Shown here: one piece after another, positions 13,261 through 26,288 of the stretch | Numbering within the stretch: the stretch's first letter is position 1 | Layout: each line of letters opens with the position of its first letter | NCBI RefSeq assembly: GCF_006345805.1 | Contig: NC_042998.1 | Coordinates: 27,032,001 to 27,096,000, forward strand | Source of the DNA: Octopus sinensis | Lineage: Eukaryota | Direction: 5' to 3' | Length of the DNA stretch: 64,000 nt | Translations under genes and position numbers: made by a program | Notes under the pieces: generated by a model | The model's database searches: none | What the model was told of the DNA's origin: nothing | What the model saw: only the letters and a program-made list of their open reading frames with translations

Positions 13261-14189
13261 TGTGGCAACATTATAAGAGTATAAGTAACGCCTACAATCA
13301 AGTTTAGATCTAAATAATTTATTTATTTTAAAAGCAAAATATATCTATCTAAGCTTCAATGATAGAAGAAAGCATTAAGAATTTCATAGGTTTGATCCCA
13401 TGCAACAAAAATTTATATCAAAAAATTTGTGAGGTAAAATATCATGAAAACAATATAAATAAGGCAAAAAATTGGATTTCAGTATAATTAACTTTTTTAT
13501 TTTAAAAACAAACTATATTTTAATTAAGCTTAAATGACAAAGCTCAATTCGAGGAATTTCATGGTATCAATCTCTTGCAATGAAGTTTTAAAAGAAAAAA
13601 ATTATGTTTCTCAAATTTGAGGGTGATAATATAGTTCTACACTTTTTTATGGATATAGTTCTTAAAGAGGACTTTTAATATATGTCCCCGGCATCATTGA
13701 GGTAAAAAAAAAATTATCAACGAAACTACTAATTGACATATTTGACACATTATTAATCAGCATAATAGTATAGCCTGGAAAAAAACATAGATTACATGGA
13801 AAAATGCGAGCAAGAGAAATAATATATAGATATTCAAGACCTGATTCTGTTTAATTGTCAGTGTTACTATTTGGTTGCTTGAAACAAGCAAAACAGATAA
13901 CCCTGACCTGATATGGTTATCATGCAATGTAACATTATTAAACTTTACTCAGTTAACCCAAATATATTTAATAAATATAAGTTAGCTTGGAAATGTTCAG
14001 GACAGCTTATTACATCTGGTAAAGTACAGAACAAGAAAATTTTATATCGCAGCTAAGGATAAAATTTGAATATTAAAAATTATTTGATTTTAATTTACAA
14101 AATAACATTATAATTAAAAACGGTACCATCCTTTTGTTAAAATATTGATATACTAGAATACTTAACAAATAAGAGCCAGAAGAACCAAT

Positions 14190-14413
14190 ATATATTTCTT
14201 TACTACCCACAAGGGGCTAAACACAGAGGGGACAGACAAATGGATCAAGTCGATTACATCGATCCCAGTGCATAACTGGTACTTAATTTATCGACCCCGA
14301 AAGGATGAAAGGCTAAGTCGACCTCGGCAGAATTTGAACTCAGTACGTAGCGGCAGACGAAATACGGCTACGCATTTCGTCCGGCGTGCTAACGTTTCTG
14401 CCAGCTCGCTGCC
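14190..14413 (-). mobile_element. SINE family C (tRNA head + Meta/MESC-like central domain), full length
   Basis: minus strand GGCAGCGAGCTGGCAGAAACGTTAG...GAGTTCAAATTC...GCCTTTCATCCTTTCGGGGTCGATAAATTAAGTACCAG...GTAAAGAAATA; CCAATATA repeated at the flanks; domain name from recall. Confidence 0.85.
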
Positions 14414-15057
14414 AATATAGCTAAAGTTTTATGCAAAGTAGAATAGTGTATATGGTAGGCAAATTTATTAAGCAAAAAATAGGCATTGGGTCAAGACTAA
14501 AAATGTGAAGACTTGGCAATGACTTAGGCAATAACTCAAGCAAATTTTACTGTGAATTTGTTGCTATAGGAAGATTTTGCTGTAATACATAACTAATTTT
14601 TGTATTATGCTATTTATTGTACTAATTATGTACTATTATTTTTATAACTTAATTTTCAAATTTCTAATTATTAATTAATAATTTTTAAAAAATGGATATT
14701 TTAAAGTGCAAAAAATATTTCGAGTTTTTTTTTTTTTAATAGAAGTAACAATTAATAACAAATAGAATAACTTGTAATAAAATTTTTAGCTTTAATAAAT
14801 GCTGATATTTTCTAAATCTAAATATTTTATTTCAAATTTTATCCTTAGCTGCAATATTTTCAATAAAAATTTTCTTCTGTACTTTACCAGATGCAATAAC
14901 TTGTCCTGAGCTTTTCCAAACTTATAATCTTCAGAATATTTCTCTTGCATGCATTTTTCCATGTAAATAACCTAATTCATTCAGCCCAAGTTATATATAC
15001 ATATAAAAGAATTAAAATGAGGATTCCAATAGAATCAGGTATTTGGTATGTACTGAC

Positions 15058-15185
15058 CTTAGATATCACATTACACTCTCTATCAAGAACTACATTTTAA
15101 CAGCTGACATTGTTGGTCATTTCCCTTTTTATCAGTCGGCCTCCACAGACACATCTCTGTTGCATTCCTGGGATATTCCATCAAT
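15058..15185 (-). other. candidate spliced exon (non-coding or UTR-like, 128 bp)
   Basis: minus strand acceptor tataatttttacag| and donor AAG|GTCAGT around non-repeat sequence; stops in all three frames. Confidence 0.25.
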
Positions 15186-15608
15186 CTGTAAAAATTATAT
15201 TCTGATCTGATGATTACAGTCTTTTATAATGATGTAATGTTCTTATTCTTCATTAAAAGTTACATGGGAAACAGCTGTAATGAGCTGACACATCCATCAT
15301 GTTTTTAGCAGCAGATGATCAATATAAGACAATTTATTAAACAAAATTCAATAAATTTCATGAAATAAGAGAAATGAAGCAGATTAGATGTTAAAATGGA
15401 TTACACTTTTATTCTAGACAATTGTTTCTGACAAAAAGGACCAAGGTTTCAATAAAAAGAACATCACACAGGTCAAATTTGTACTCTTTAGTAGGTAAGA
15501 TTTTAAGGAAACACTTTATTAATAAAGCATATTACTCTACCTCTGGTATTTGAGTACTATTTTCTCCACCTTGTTTCACATTTATGTGCTTACTTTGGTG
15601 TATATATA

Positions 15609-15659
<51 letters not shown>

Positions 15660-15731
15660 ATTAATCCAAAAACAAAGAATGAAAAAACACAAGAAAAAAA
15701 CAACGCGAGGACTTGGTACATGTTATATATA

Positions 15732-15770
<39 letters not shown>

Positions 15771-16462
15771 TTTTCATTCCAGGACTTGGTACATGTTATA
15801 TATATATAAATTAATTTTCATTCCATTTTTTTAATTTACTATAAATCTTAATAATAATTAGGAAAAATTCAAAATCATTAGATGTTCCTCAGATCATACA
15901 AGGAGCCAGAAAATTAAAAATGAAAAGAAAACCATAGTTGTAGAAATTCCCATAGAGCAGTTTGGATAAAATGGCTTAGACCTGACTAATTTAATGTTTA
16001 GAAGATTAATACGGAGATTCAATAGCAAACAACCATCAATGAATAGACCAAGATAGTAAATACATCTAATTAAAGAGTTTGTTTTTTTTTGATTAATTTG
16101 GTAGAGTTGCCTACTCCCTTTAATGAACTGATTTCTTTTGTTAGTAGAATATCATCAGTTTAGATATGCTTGCATTCATTAATAGTTTATGTGCTTGCAC
16201 CCGTTCACTAGCTTTTATTCAGAGTCAGAGTTCGTCATTTTCAATTCATTCTATATTACGACTCATAAATAAAATATTGCAACCACTAGAAAACATTACT
16301 AGCTTTACAAATAAATAGTGATGCATCACTTTGATGATGGTAACTTGGGTATCAAGAAATTTATGGTGCTTGTGACAAAAAAAAATTATATTTTTTGAAT
16401 CCACATGACTTTGTTATCTTTGGTACAAGTGCATAAAATGCCACAGATAAGTTGATCTTAAA

Positions 16463-17073
16463 CCCTTGGCATTTAGATTATTCTATCAAATGTAATGCGT
16501 ATTTATTAACACTGTTTTGAATCAATCATATATTCTATTGTAGCTTCAATATTGCATTGATGTGATTTATTGCTCTTTTATTTGTTTCAGTCATTTGACT
16601 ATAGCCATGCTGGAGCACCACCTTTAGTCAAAGAAATCAACCCCAGGACTTATTCTTTTTAAGCCTAGTACTTATTCTATCAGTCTCTTTTGCTTAACCA
16701 CTAAGTTATAGGGACATAAACACACCAACATCACTTGTCAAACGATGGTGGGGTGACTAACACAGACACACAATATATATATATATACGATGTGCTTCTT
16801 TCAATTTCCATCTACCATATCCACTCACAAAGCTTTGGTTGGCCCGAGGCTATAGAAGACACTTGCCATATAGAAGGTGCCACACAGTGGGACTGAAACC
16901 AGAACCATGTAGTTGGGAAGCAAGCTTCTTACCACACAGCCATGCCTGTGCCTATGCTTGTTCATTTTTAGAATGACATTGTAGGATAGGTGTGAGAGGC
17001 CAGATCTGGTCAGTTTGAACATAAAATGTATAGAATATTTGGGCCAGATATGGCCAAATTAAATGCTAAAGGG
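16463..17073 (+). mobile_element. piggyBac-type MITE family 2 interrupted by SINE A
   Basis: CCCTTGGCATT start, AATGCTAAAGGG|TTAA end; the halves match copies at 18281 and 52976. Confidence 0.8.
16573..16953 (-). mobile_element. full-length SINE family A
   Basis: tail tttgtttcagtcatttgact through head ccacacagccatgcctgtgccta. Confidence 0.9.
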
Positions 17074-17192
17074 TTAAACCTATCTGTAAGCAGAAAATGT
17101 AACCAATAATCCGGAGACAGAGCATTCGTAGCAAGCATTTGTAAAGAGTGTAAATGCAATCAATTTCAAATATATACAATGAAAAGGATGAA

Positions 17193-17657
17193 CATCATCA
17201 TCATCGTTTAACATCCGTTTTCCATGCTGGCATGGGTTGGACGGTTTGACCAGGGTCTGGGAAGCCAAGAGGCTGCACCAGGCACCAGTCTGATCTGGCA
17301 GTGTTTCTACAGCTGGATGCCCTTCCTAACGCCAACCACTCCGTGAGTGTAGTGGGTGCTTTTTACATGCCACCGGCACAGGGGCCATATGAGGCTGGCA
17401 AACGGCCATGATCGGTTGGTGCTTTTACGTGTCACCGACACGGATGCCAGTCAGGCGGCGCTGGCATCTACCACATTTGGATGGTGCTTTTAACATGTCA
17501 CCAGCACATGTATCTTAACTACAATTTCCATTTGATTTTCATTTTGATGTTAATATACTTGACTCAATAGGCCTCCTCGAGAACAGCGGGTCACTCTACG
17601 ATCCAAGGTTAGCACAGCAGGCCATCCTGCAAGCCATGAACTCACTTCATTTGTCAG
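17193..17657 (-). mobile_element. RTE-type retroposon 3' end (family B), long copy
   Basis: (CAT)n cgtttaacatccgttttccatgctggcatgggttggacgg...ggatgcccttcctaacgccaacc, internal repeats, extra upstream sequence. Confidence 0.85.
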
Positions 17658-17689
17658 ATTCTAAAATATCCATTGGTACAAGGGAATGT

Positions 17690-18720
17690 TTGAGAGTTAC
17701 AAATGATACAAATCTTGAGGAAGAAGTGCCAAAGTGTTTTATCCCTTAATGATCCTAGCGATTATATAATGAAGATATCTGGATGAAGTTCTCATAGTCA
17801 TACAAACCATTCTTAAGGAAGACACACAAAGAAATGAACTCTCAGTAATATCAGGAACTACAACCCTAAGTCTGCAACAGCTTCATGGAAAGCAGTCAAG
17901 AATATCACTTAAACAAATACTTGGAAAAACTTTTGTATAAGAAGGCGGTACAATATGATTTAGGATTCCTGATTTAGGGATTTTAATCATGTTTTAGAGG
18001 GTAGGTGAAACACATCACGGAAGACAATATAAAAAAAAAGCTAGGAGATTGTGAAGATGACTCCGGACACCAAATGTTAAATGAAGAAATGGTAAATGAA
18101 ATTCTCATTGATGACAGCAGTAATGGTAAGAATGAGAAAGATGAACCGATGCCCAAGAAACTAAAACTCTTTGTTGTATGGGAATCACTTGATAACTTCA
18201 AATTTTTCATTACATTCAGTAGTATTATCATATCCTCAGATATTGATAATATCAGCCTTAATCCATAAAATAAGCCTTAACCCATTAGCATTTAAACCAG
18301 CCATATCCAGACAAAATATTCTACTTGCTTTATGTTCAAACCAGCCAGATGTGGGGTCTCACACTTACCCTAAAATGTCATTTTGAAAGTAAACGACCAC
18401 ATCATTGAAATCTCAAGGTTACAAAATAATGCAGAATAAATTCAAAACAATGTGAATAAATAAGCATTACATTTGACAGAGTAATCTGAACGCTAACGGG
18501 TTACAGGAACTCACTATTTGAAAGTAGCATTGGTAAGGTAAATACCTGAAATGCAACTCATCTGTCACTTGGATTCATTGAAACACTGTTGCAGCTGCTA
18601 AGTCAACTTATGATATTGATGGCCCAGCTGCTATTGATTCCATCTCTCCCCAAGTATTAACTTTCAAGTGTACTTATTGTTATGTTAAATAAATTTATAA
18701 AATATACATTTATTTTACAT
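17690..18720 (+). pseudogene. degenerate pogo/Tigger transposase C-terminal region, split by a MITE
   Basis: broken frames read NIRNYNPKSATASWKAVKNIT..NTWKNF and ITEDNIKKKLGDCEDDSGHQMLNEEMVNEIL, resembling Tigger/Jerky C-termini; stops and frameshifts. Confidence 0.55.
18281..18500 (-). mobile_element. piggyBac-type MITE family 2
   Basis: TTAA|CCCATTAGCATT ... AACGCTAACGGG|TTAC. Confidence 0.8.
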
Positions 18721-19694
18721 AAATGATTATATGATGATTACTATATTTTTCTGTATTATTTTTGATTTATCCTTGCAGCCAAAAGCAAAAATTTGAAATA
18801 TATTTCTAGTTTAGCAAGTAAACTTCATAAGAAATTACAAAGAAATAATGTGAAGTTTTAAAATAAAAATTAAGCTTTATCTGTATTATTGTTCCATATA
18901 CCCAAATCAAAGACATTAACATCTAGTATTAGTTAACTTGGACAATCAGCTAAAACAGATACTCTTTCCTACCTACACTATGTGGTTTATGAGGGTTCAC
19001 TGTGTATGGATATTAATAAGTGAACAATCTTTAGCCTTTGAAAATTTCTTTTATTTCTCAACTGAAAGAGAGAATGAGAGAGGATGTCAAGAGCTTTTCC
19101 TGACAGAGAAGAGAGAAGGAAAGAAACATAAACTCTCAGTAATTGAGACAAGTACAGGTCAAGTTACAATACTTTGTGACTCTGTGAATGAAGTGACAGG
19201 TGGTTCTTTTGAACTAACTGTGGTTAATACAAACAAAATCCACAGCAGACTGGTGGATTAGCAGAGACTTTTGAAGTTGCTGACATGAATATACTATCAA
19301 GAAAAACATATTGTTTCTGACATAGGAACAAGGGCTGAAATTTTAGGAGAGATGTTATCACACTTCAAACATTTGAATGTTACTTTATTTTATTGACCTC
19401 AGAATGTTTGTGAATACTAAGAATAAGGTTGTTGAATGCTATTATTTATTGAAAAGCATAAATCTATTGTTAAAGGCTGAAAAACTGATTTCCAGTTGCT
19501 ATGAGCTCATGAAGTAGAGACACAAAAAAACACAAAATTCAAGTATTTTCTGTCATTAATAAGCAAAAGTTTGCTTTTAATCTGATTGGGGGGGGGGTCT
19601 TAATTACATAACTCTAGTTTAACACATTTTATAACACCTCAAATTTCATTCTTATATTTTAGAGTAATAAAAAAATTACATTTTAATTATTTAA

Positions 19695-19912
19695 CCCTTT
19701 TGATACCAACCCACCTGAAACTACCTCTGGCTCTGTAGTACAAGTGTCATTTCCAAAAGTTCTGAATTATAATCTTCCACTAAACTTTAGTCACAATTTA
19801 TGTTCCTAACACTAGCTGAATGATAACTAAGTTATTTTACTAAATTCTTTGTTATATTTAAAATTAATTGAAAGAAACACAGCATCTCTACAGAATTATG
19901 GTAACAAAAGGG
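19695..19912 (+). mobile_element. piggyBac-type MITE family 1
   Basis: TTAA TSDs and the same TIRs as 399-620. Confidence 0.85.
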
Positions 19913-20489
19913 TTAAACCATCGTCATTTAACGCCCATGTCCCAAGCTGGCATGGGTTTAAAATATTTGATATGACAATTTCCTTTTTTTTTCTATACAT
20001 GATCCCACCATTAACAAATTGATTAGTAATATTACTTTGGTCAGATAAAAGATATAATTTTTTCTTTTCTAATAATATTTATGCTTGAAGTATTTTAATT
20101 TTTATGATTTATTGAACATCTGTTTCCTTTCAAAAGGACTGGGGTGGGGGTTGATTCTGTTTGTATTTATTACAATATTTAATCTTTTGTGATAGCTTTG
20201 GTTATAAATGGGTTTGTAGTCAGCAAGAAACTTATCTTTCTTGCCATCACTTTCATTTCACTCCAGTTTATATAGTTTACACTTTTCTTGATTTTAAACT
20301 CAATCTCATGTTTGGCTTCAAACTGATTTTCTTTGTTACCAGCTTTCTTATATGGGATAAATTTAATAACGACATTATGTAGGTTATAAAATATATACCC
20401 ACTGATCCATATCATCATTAGTGAGTAATAGGTAAATGTAGTTCAGATGAAATGAACTTTGAAAGTTTCTTTTATATAAATTTAGCTTT

Positions 20490-20670
20490 ATTGTATTGTG
20501 TCTGGGGAGACTCTTTTAATGCCTTATTAATTTAACACACTCACCGCTCTGATTTCCAATCATTTACTTATAGTAAAAAATAATAAATAAGTAAATGAAG
20601 AAATCAGACCAGTGAGTATGTTAAATTAATAAGGCACTAATAAAGAATGACTCTCCCCAGGCACAATAAA
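20490..20670. mobile_element. palindromic (foldback) MITE-like element
   Basis: left arm attgtgtctggggagac..gccttattaatttaacacactcac..tctgatttc..catttactta mirrors right arm taagtaaatg..gaaatcaga..gtgagtatgttaaattaataaggc..actctccccaggcacaat. Confidence 0.7.
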
Positions 20671-20781
20671 ATATGCTTCAAGACACGAATTCACATAAAG
20701 AATCTTGCAAACCACATACGAAAACAAAATAGATTTATTGTAGTTTAAGCATGGTAAATTAAATGAATTAGATACACTAAC

Positions 20782-21525
20782 TGCTTCCCAACCACATGAT
20801 CTCAGGTTCAGTCCCACTGCATGGCACCTTGGGCAAGTGTCTTCTACTACAGCCTTGGGCTGACCAAAGCCTTTTGAATGGAAACTGAAAGAAGCCCATC
20901 GTGTATATATATATATATATATCATCATCATCATCATTATCATCGTTTAACGTCTGCTTTCCATGCTAGCATGGGTTGGATGGTTCAACTGGGGTCTGGG
21001 AAGCCCGAAGGCTGCACCAGGCCAGTCTGATCTGGCAGTGTTTCTACAGCTGGATGCCCTTCCTAACGCCAACCACTCCGTGAGTGTAGTGGGTGCTTTT
21101 TATGTGCCACCGACACAGGTGCCAGACGAGGCTGGCGAAAGGCCACGCTCGGATGGCGCTTTTTACGTGCCACCGGCACGGAGGCCAGGCGAGGCTGGCA
21201 CGGCCACGATCGGATGGTGTTTGTTACGTGCCACCAGCACAGAGGTCAGTCGATGCGGTGCTGGCTATGGCCACATTCGGATGGTTCTCTTATGTACCAC
21301 CGGCACTGGTACCACAAACTACAAATTCCATATATATGTCTGTGTTTGTCCCCTCACCAATGCTGGTGTGTTTACGTCTCCGTAACTTAGTAGCTCGGCA
21401 AAAGAGACTAATAGAACAAGTACTAGGCTTACAAAGAATAAGTCCTGAGGTCGATTTGTTTGACTAAAGGTGATGTTCCAGCATGGCCACAGTCAAATGA
21501 CTGAAACAAATAAAAGAATAAAAGA
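20782..21525 (+). mobile_element. SINE family A interrupted by an antisense family B insertion
   Basis: head 20782-20905, body and tail 21335-21525 in the same orientation. Confidence 0.85.
20921..21330 (-). mobile_element. RTE-type 3' end (family B) nested in the SINE A (TA)n
   Basis: (CAT)n cgtttaacgtctgctttccatgctagc..., internal gtgccacc repeats. Confidence 0.85.
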
Positions 21526-21749
21526 TTTTTTTTTCCTTAAATTAGACTTGGTAAGCTGCAGTTCATTTCAATATTTTCAGTTAAGAATGAAATGGAAGCG
21601 CCTATTTATGCTCTAATTTAAAATATAAATTTTAATGTCCCTCATCAGAGAGAACTTATTTTCTCTATAAATTTTCATTAGTTGATGAGTTTTAATATTA
21701 TGTAGATTAAATTCAGCAATAGGTATATAACTTTGGCTTTCTGCACATA

Positions 21750-22750
21750 GAGTCACCTCAAAGAACTATCATCTTTTGAGTGTTTCTTTCATCAAAACTT
21801 GTAGTCAAATTTTCTTTTAAAATAAAATTAAGCCCTTTTATAAGCATACTTAACTTTGATAACAGGACCCTGTGTCTTCATAAGAGTTTTCAAAAGGTTC
21901 TTAAATGAACTCAAAATATGGTATTTATATGTTCATCATTTAAGAGTTTTATCTTTTGAAATGCTATGTTTCAATATACTCATTATATCAAATTAAAAAT
22001 TTAATAAAGCTAAATATCCTCATTACTTTTTAGTTAAGGAAGTTATATAATCAACATGCATTATGCTCAACGGAGAGCATAATGCATGCTAATGTCATTT
22101 TTGTGAAAGTGTATTATATCATAATAGTGAAGGTTTAATTGCTTAGGAAAATTTTCATCATCTCCATTGATATGAGAATGAAAATTCAGATGGTTACATT
22201 TATCAATAATTTTCTTCAAATCACTATTGAGACTAATAAAAACATCACTATTATTGGTTGTATCAAAGTTAGAAACGGGAGTTATTTTGTGAATGAAAAT
22301 CAATACTGTGAATAGCACCAAGTGGAAGTGAAGCAACAATGATTGGCAGTACCAATTATTTTTGTAATGAGAGAAATTCTTCATATCTTTTGAAGAGAGT
22401 TTGTAACATTTGCTAGCATGTATCTGTTATTGCAAAGGCTACATTCTATTGATTCAGCATTATTATTCTATGCAGTGTTAAGATAGGACAGGAATTTATG
22501 TTCATTCATTTAGAGTAGATTGGGTTACTTACTGAGTGGTTTTCTGCAATATATCAAGTTTTGTTTCAGGGATTTCACTCCCAGTTCATAGATTTATCCA
22601 TAGATTTTTGAATCTAGATATGTAGATATGCTTTTGTATATTATTCAGTGAATGCCATCCAATTTGAGTAGATGTGTGGTAACTGAGACTTTAAGAATTG
22701 ACATTGTGATTCTAGTACTTAGGAAGTGTTGGAATCATATTTTCTTTTAA
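21750..22750 (-). pseudogene. possible decayed CR1/L2-type LINE, endonuclease N-terminal region
   Basis: minus-strand peptides NFPKQLNLHYYDIIHF and LSIMHVDYITSLTK resemble the region before and at the first APE strand (LSILHxNIxSL); heavily degenerate, boundaries uncertain. Confidence 0.35.
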
Positions 22751-23064
22751 AGAAAATTATTATGCCAAGAAACTCCTTTAACAAAAACTGAAGCAGTTGT
22801 GGAAATACACTATATAGCTAGTAACAGTCAGTTATGTTTTTTGGATAAGGCACCAGTCATCTCTTTATTGTAATAAAATGCATTTTGAAATTAACAGGAA
22901 ACTGAATAAATATTAAGTTTTATTTAGTTAATTTAGTTATTTTATTTTGTTTTATTTATAAAACAATAACAATTTGATTATAAAGAAATTAATATGGGAA
23001 TCTAAGTTCTGAATGATTAGAAAAATATAATTTGCACACAGTAGTATCATTGCTGTCATCAACC

Positions 23065-23283
23065 ATAATTGGCACTCCATCGGTTATGACGGCAAGAGCT
23101 CAACAGAACAGCTTGCTTGTGAAATTAACACGCAAGTGTGGCTGAGCACTCCACAGACATGTATACCCTTTATGTAGTTATCAGGGAGATTCGGCATGAT
23201 ACAGAATGAGACAAGGTTGGCCCCGCTGAAATACAGGTACTACTCATTTTTGCCAGGTGAGAGGACTGGAGCAACATGAAATC
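23065..23283 (-). mobile_element. SINE family D 3' portion
   Basis: gaaattaacacgcaagtgtggctgagcactccacagac...gactggagcaacatgaaat; recalled as a recurrent octopus SINE body; single copy here. Confidence 0.5.
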
Positions 23284-23398
23284 AAAAAAATCTTTTATGA
23301 AGTAGAATATCTGATAATACAGTTATATATTTAAGAGATGAGGAATTATGTACATTATTTACATTTGACAGATATTTGTCTTCATCTTGTTTGTTGTT

Positions 23399-23444
23399 AA
23401 CACAATGTTTCAGCTGATATACCCTCCAGCCTTCATCAGGTGTC
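23399..23444 (-). ncRNA. minimal type-I hammerhead ribozyme motif
   Basis: GACAC-CTGATGA-A-GGCTG-gagggtatat-CAGCT-GAAAC-ATT-GTGTT. Confidence 0.7.
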
Positions 23445-23491
23445 TTGGGGAAATCTCAAACCTGGGTTCTCATTCCTAAGGTATTTTTGGA

Positions 23492-23529
<38 letters not shown>

Positions 23530-23623
23530 TCACTGCCTGGAATCAAACTCAATAATAATAATAATAATAATAACATCGAAAAATACCTTAGGAATGAGAA
23601 CCCAGGTTCAAAATTTCCCCCAA

Positions 23624-23669
23624 GGCACCTGATGAAGGCTGGAGGGTATATCAGCCAAAACATTGTGTT
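23624..23669 (+). ncRNA. minimal type-I hammerhead motif, G12 mutated
   Basis: GGCAC-CTGATGA-A-GGCTG-gagggtatat-CAGCC-AAAAC-ATT-GTGTT. Confidence 0.6.
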
Positions 23670-25134
23670 AACAACAAACAAGATGAGGACAAATATCCGT
23701 CAAATGTAAATAATGTAGAATATTTGAGTTATGGAATTTTAAAAAAGATATTTACCAATACTAAGGTCTTACAACTTAACAATTCCAACCATAGTATTAT
23801 AAATTACTTTGAGGAATGTTTGCCTTTTTTTCTTCATGATGCTGCTTGGTAATAGCTTTGTACATAGTAACAGTTTTTTTTCTGAAGAACAAAAATCTAA
23901 CAAAATCCTTCAGCTTTTGTGCTTGTTAACAAGGAAAGATAAATAGAAATATATTCTAATGGTAAATAACTAAAAAAAAAAATTTAGATTAACAAAGATT
24001 TTACAAAGATTGAAATTGTGAAGACTAATTTAACCAGACAAGTTATCTTTTCAGCAATTTTCCTAAGCAGCATTTATGAGATCACTTATCAGGACATTTA
24101 TATTTCGTTACTTACACAACCCAATATGCAAAAAATTTACTGCCATTCAAAAATATGTATACGCAAACAGTCTATTGTGGAAAACATCAAAGTTTGCTGA
24201 CATTTGATAGCTGAATAAATACCAAACAAATATTCAGATTTTTTTTTTTTTAACAGAAAATACTTGTACGATCATAGGACAAAATCCTAACTAGAATTTT
24301 GACTAATATTATATTTAAATCATAAAGCAACTGAGTTTCACCTATGAATAAAAAACATGTCACCAAGCTTGAAAAAAAGAAAAAAATGAAAAAAAGAAGG
24401 AAGAGAATTACAGAACAATTCTCCATAGCTTGTTCCAAGTTATCAAAAACTCTGCACCAATAATAAAATACTTTATAAAATTTGTTTAGAATGTCCCATT
24501 TACATCAAAGCATGTTTTCAAACAAATACCATGTTTTGAATTCTTTGAATTTTATTTACAATGAATCTGATTTTTTTTCTTCTTTTTATCAATAGCAAAT
24601 TTTATAGGCTTCCAGTATTTCCAGTTTTTTCCTCCTCCTCCTCTCATTCTTTTGCTCTCTCTCTCTCCTTCTCTCTCTTTAATATAGATTACCAATATTG
24701 CTCTGAATTCAATTAACAGATAAAAATATGTAATCTTATTTATCAAAACTGAAAAAGTAGGTTCAATCTTTTTATTAGAATTGAAACTGAATTCAGTCAT
24801 ATTGTTGTGATGTTGACTAGCCTCAGCCAGTTTCTACCGTAGTAAATTTAAAACATGGAGGCAGCCAACCAAACACTTAGAAGTTGTCCAAAAGTCTGAC
24901 ACCCTTGAATTTGAGTTGCTACATCGTTAGCTTCTACATAGTATTTAACTTCAACTTGGCAATCAGAGGAGTAATTAGTTAACCATTATCATCTTCATTT
25001 TACATCTTGATAATTTTTGACTGAATATGTTTTCCCAGGCAGTGTTTTATGAACAGAAGAACCTTCCTGTTCCAAACAGTTTTATTGCCTTTTATGATAT
25101 GCAAGAACATGATGTTTTTATTCCAAAACCAGGG

Positions 25135-25510
25135 TCATCATCATCATTTAATGCCCTTCCTAACGCCTACCACTCCAAGAGTGTAGTGGGTGCTTTTTAC
25201 GTGCCACCAGCACGGGGGCCAGTCAGGCGGTACTGGTAATGACCTTGCTCAAATCTTTTTACACATTCCACCGGCACAGGTGCCAGTAAGGTGACACTGG
25301 TAACGATCACGCTCAAATGGTGCCCTTTTATGTGCCACCAGCACGGAAGCCAGTTAGCCGCTCCGGTAATGATCACGCACGGATGGTGCTCTTGGCACCC
25401 TACTAACATGGGCACTAGTGCCAGTAAGGTGACACTGGTAATGATCACACTCGAATGGTACCTTTTATGTGCTCTTTGCACCCTGCTAGAACAGATGCCA
25501 GTCATCAAAT
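25135..25510 (-). mobile_element. RTE-type 3' end (family B), internally deleted
   Basis: (CAT)n joined directly to atgcccttcctaacgcc; duplicated gtgccagtaaggtgacactggtaa units. Confidence 0.75.
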
Positions 25511-25533
25511 TTAAATAGTTACTTGAATACTAT

Positions 25534-25582
25534 TTAATGTAATCAACTAGACAATATTAAATTGTCTAGTTGATTACATTAA
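25534..25582. repeat. perfect 22-bp inverted repeat, 5-nt loop
   Basis: TTAATGTAATCAACTAGACAAT-attaa-ATTGTCTAGTTGATTACATTAA. Confidence 0.9.
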
Positions 25583-25607
25583 CAATACTTTCCTTAGATA
25601 AATTTAA

Positions 25608-26288
25608 TCCCTTACCCGGCAGAAACGAATATATGCATTTTGACCGAAATCGTTTTTTTCTATCTCTGGCGAGTTAACTCGTCAAAAGATAGACTTGCCA
25701 AAATCGACAGCAAACGAGTTCCTTTGTCTATTATAAACTCTTTTTTGACATATACGAGTATATTCGCTCACTTTATACGTCTGGCAGTGACGATTTCTGC
25801 CACCTTTCGCTTGAGTAAGGCATTGAAGACCGAGTATGATTTAGTCACCTGGAGACAGTCGAAGGGTTGGAAGGCACATTTTATAAATAGAAGTATTCAC
25901 TTTGTTTTTACGTTGTTTTTTTTATACCTTTATATTATAACCCCACCATGTCGAGCTCTGATGATGATGGCGATTATGAAGCTTCTCTTGGAGGGTTGGA
26001 TACATCTGATGAGAGTGAAAGTTCGTCAGAAGAGTTTTATTCAAGTGAAGAAACTGAAGATGAGGATGAGGTAGATGCAAGAGACTGGCACCGACTTAGA
26101 TTAGGAGATGATATGGCTCCGCCCCTTCGCGCTTCCCTTTCGAAGCAGAAACAGGAGTACATAATTCATAATAAATAAGGTTTGAAATATACCTTGAAAT
26201 CACCATTCAAAACATAGTAAAATAAAACAATTAAAAAATATGTCTGAAAAAAATACATTTATTTTCAAAATAATTGTTGGGTAAGGGG
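25608..26288 (+). mobile_element. internally deleted piggyBac transposon retaining the transposase N-terminus
   Basis: TTAA TSD (25604-07, 26289-92); TIR TCCCTTACCCGGCA / TGTTGGGTAAGGGG; ORF 25948-26178 MSSSDDDGDYEAS...EETEDEDEVDARDW is acidic like a piggyBac N-terminus; CpG-rich relative to flanks. Confidence 0.8.

Larger units (their letters stand above)
23320..23717. mobile_element. tRNA-head/hammerhead element, inverted pair (locus 1)
   Basis: minus copy 23320-23550 (full 3' end back to the B box) joined to plus copy 23551-23717; flanking repeat GTAGAATAT(C/T)TGA. Confidence 0.85.

Noticed and set aside
26006-26030. CTGATGA..GAAA hammerhead-like match
   Set aside because: Only 4 nt separate the core segments so no stem II can form; it lies in Ser/Asp/Glu codons of the piggyBac remnant.
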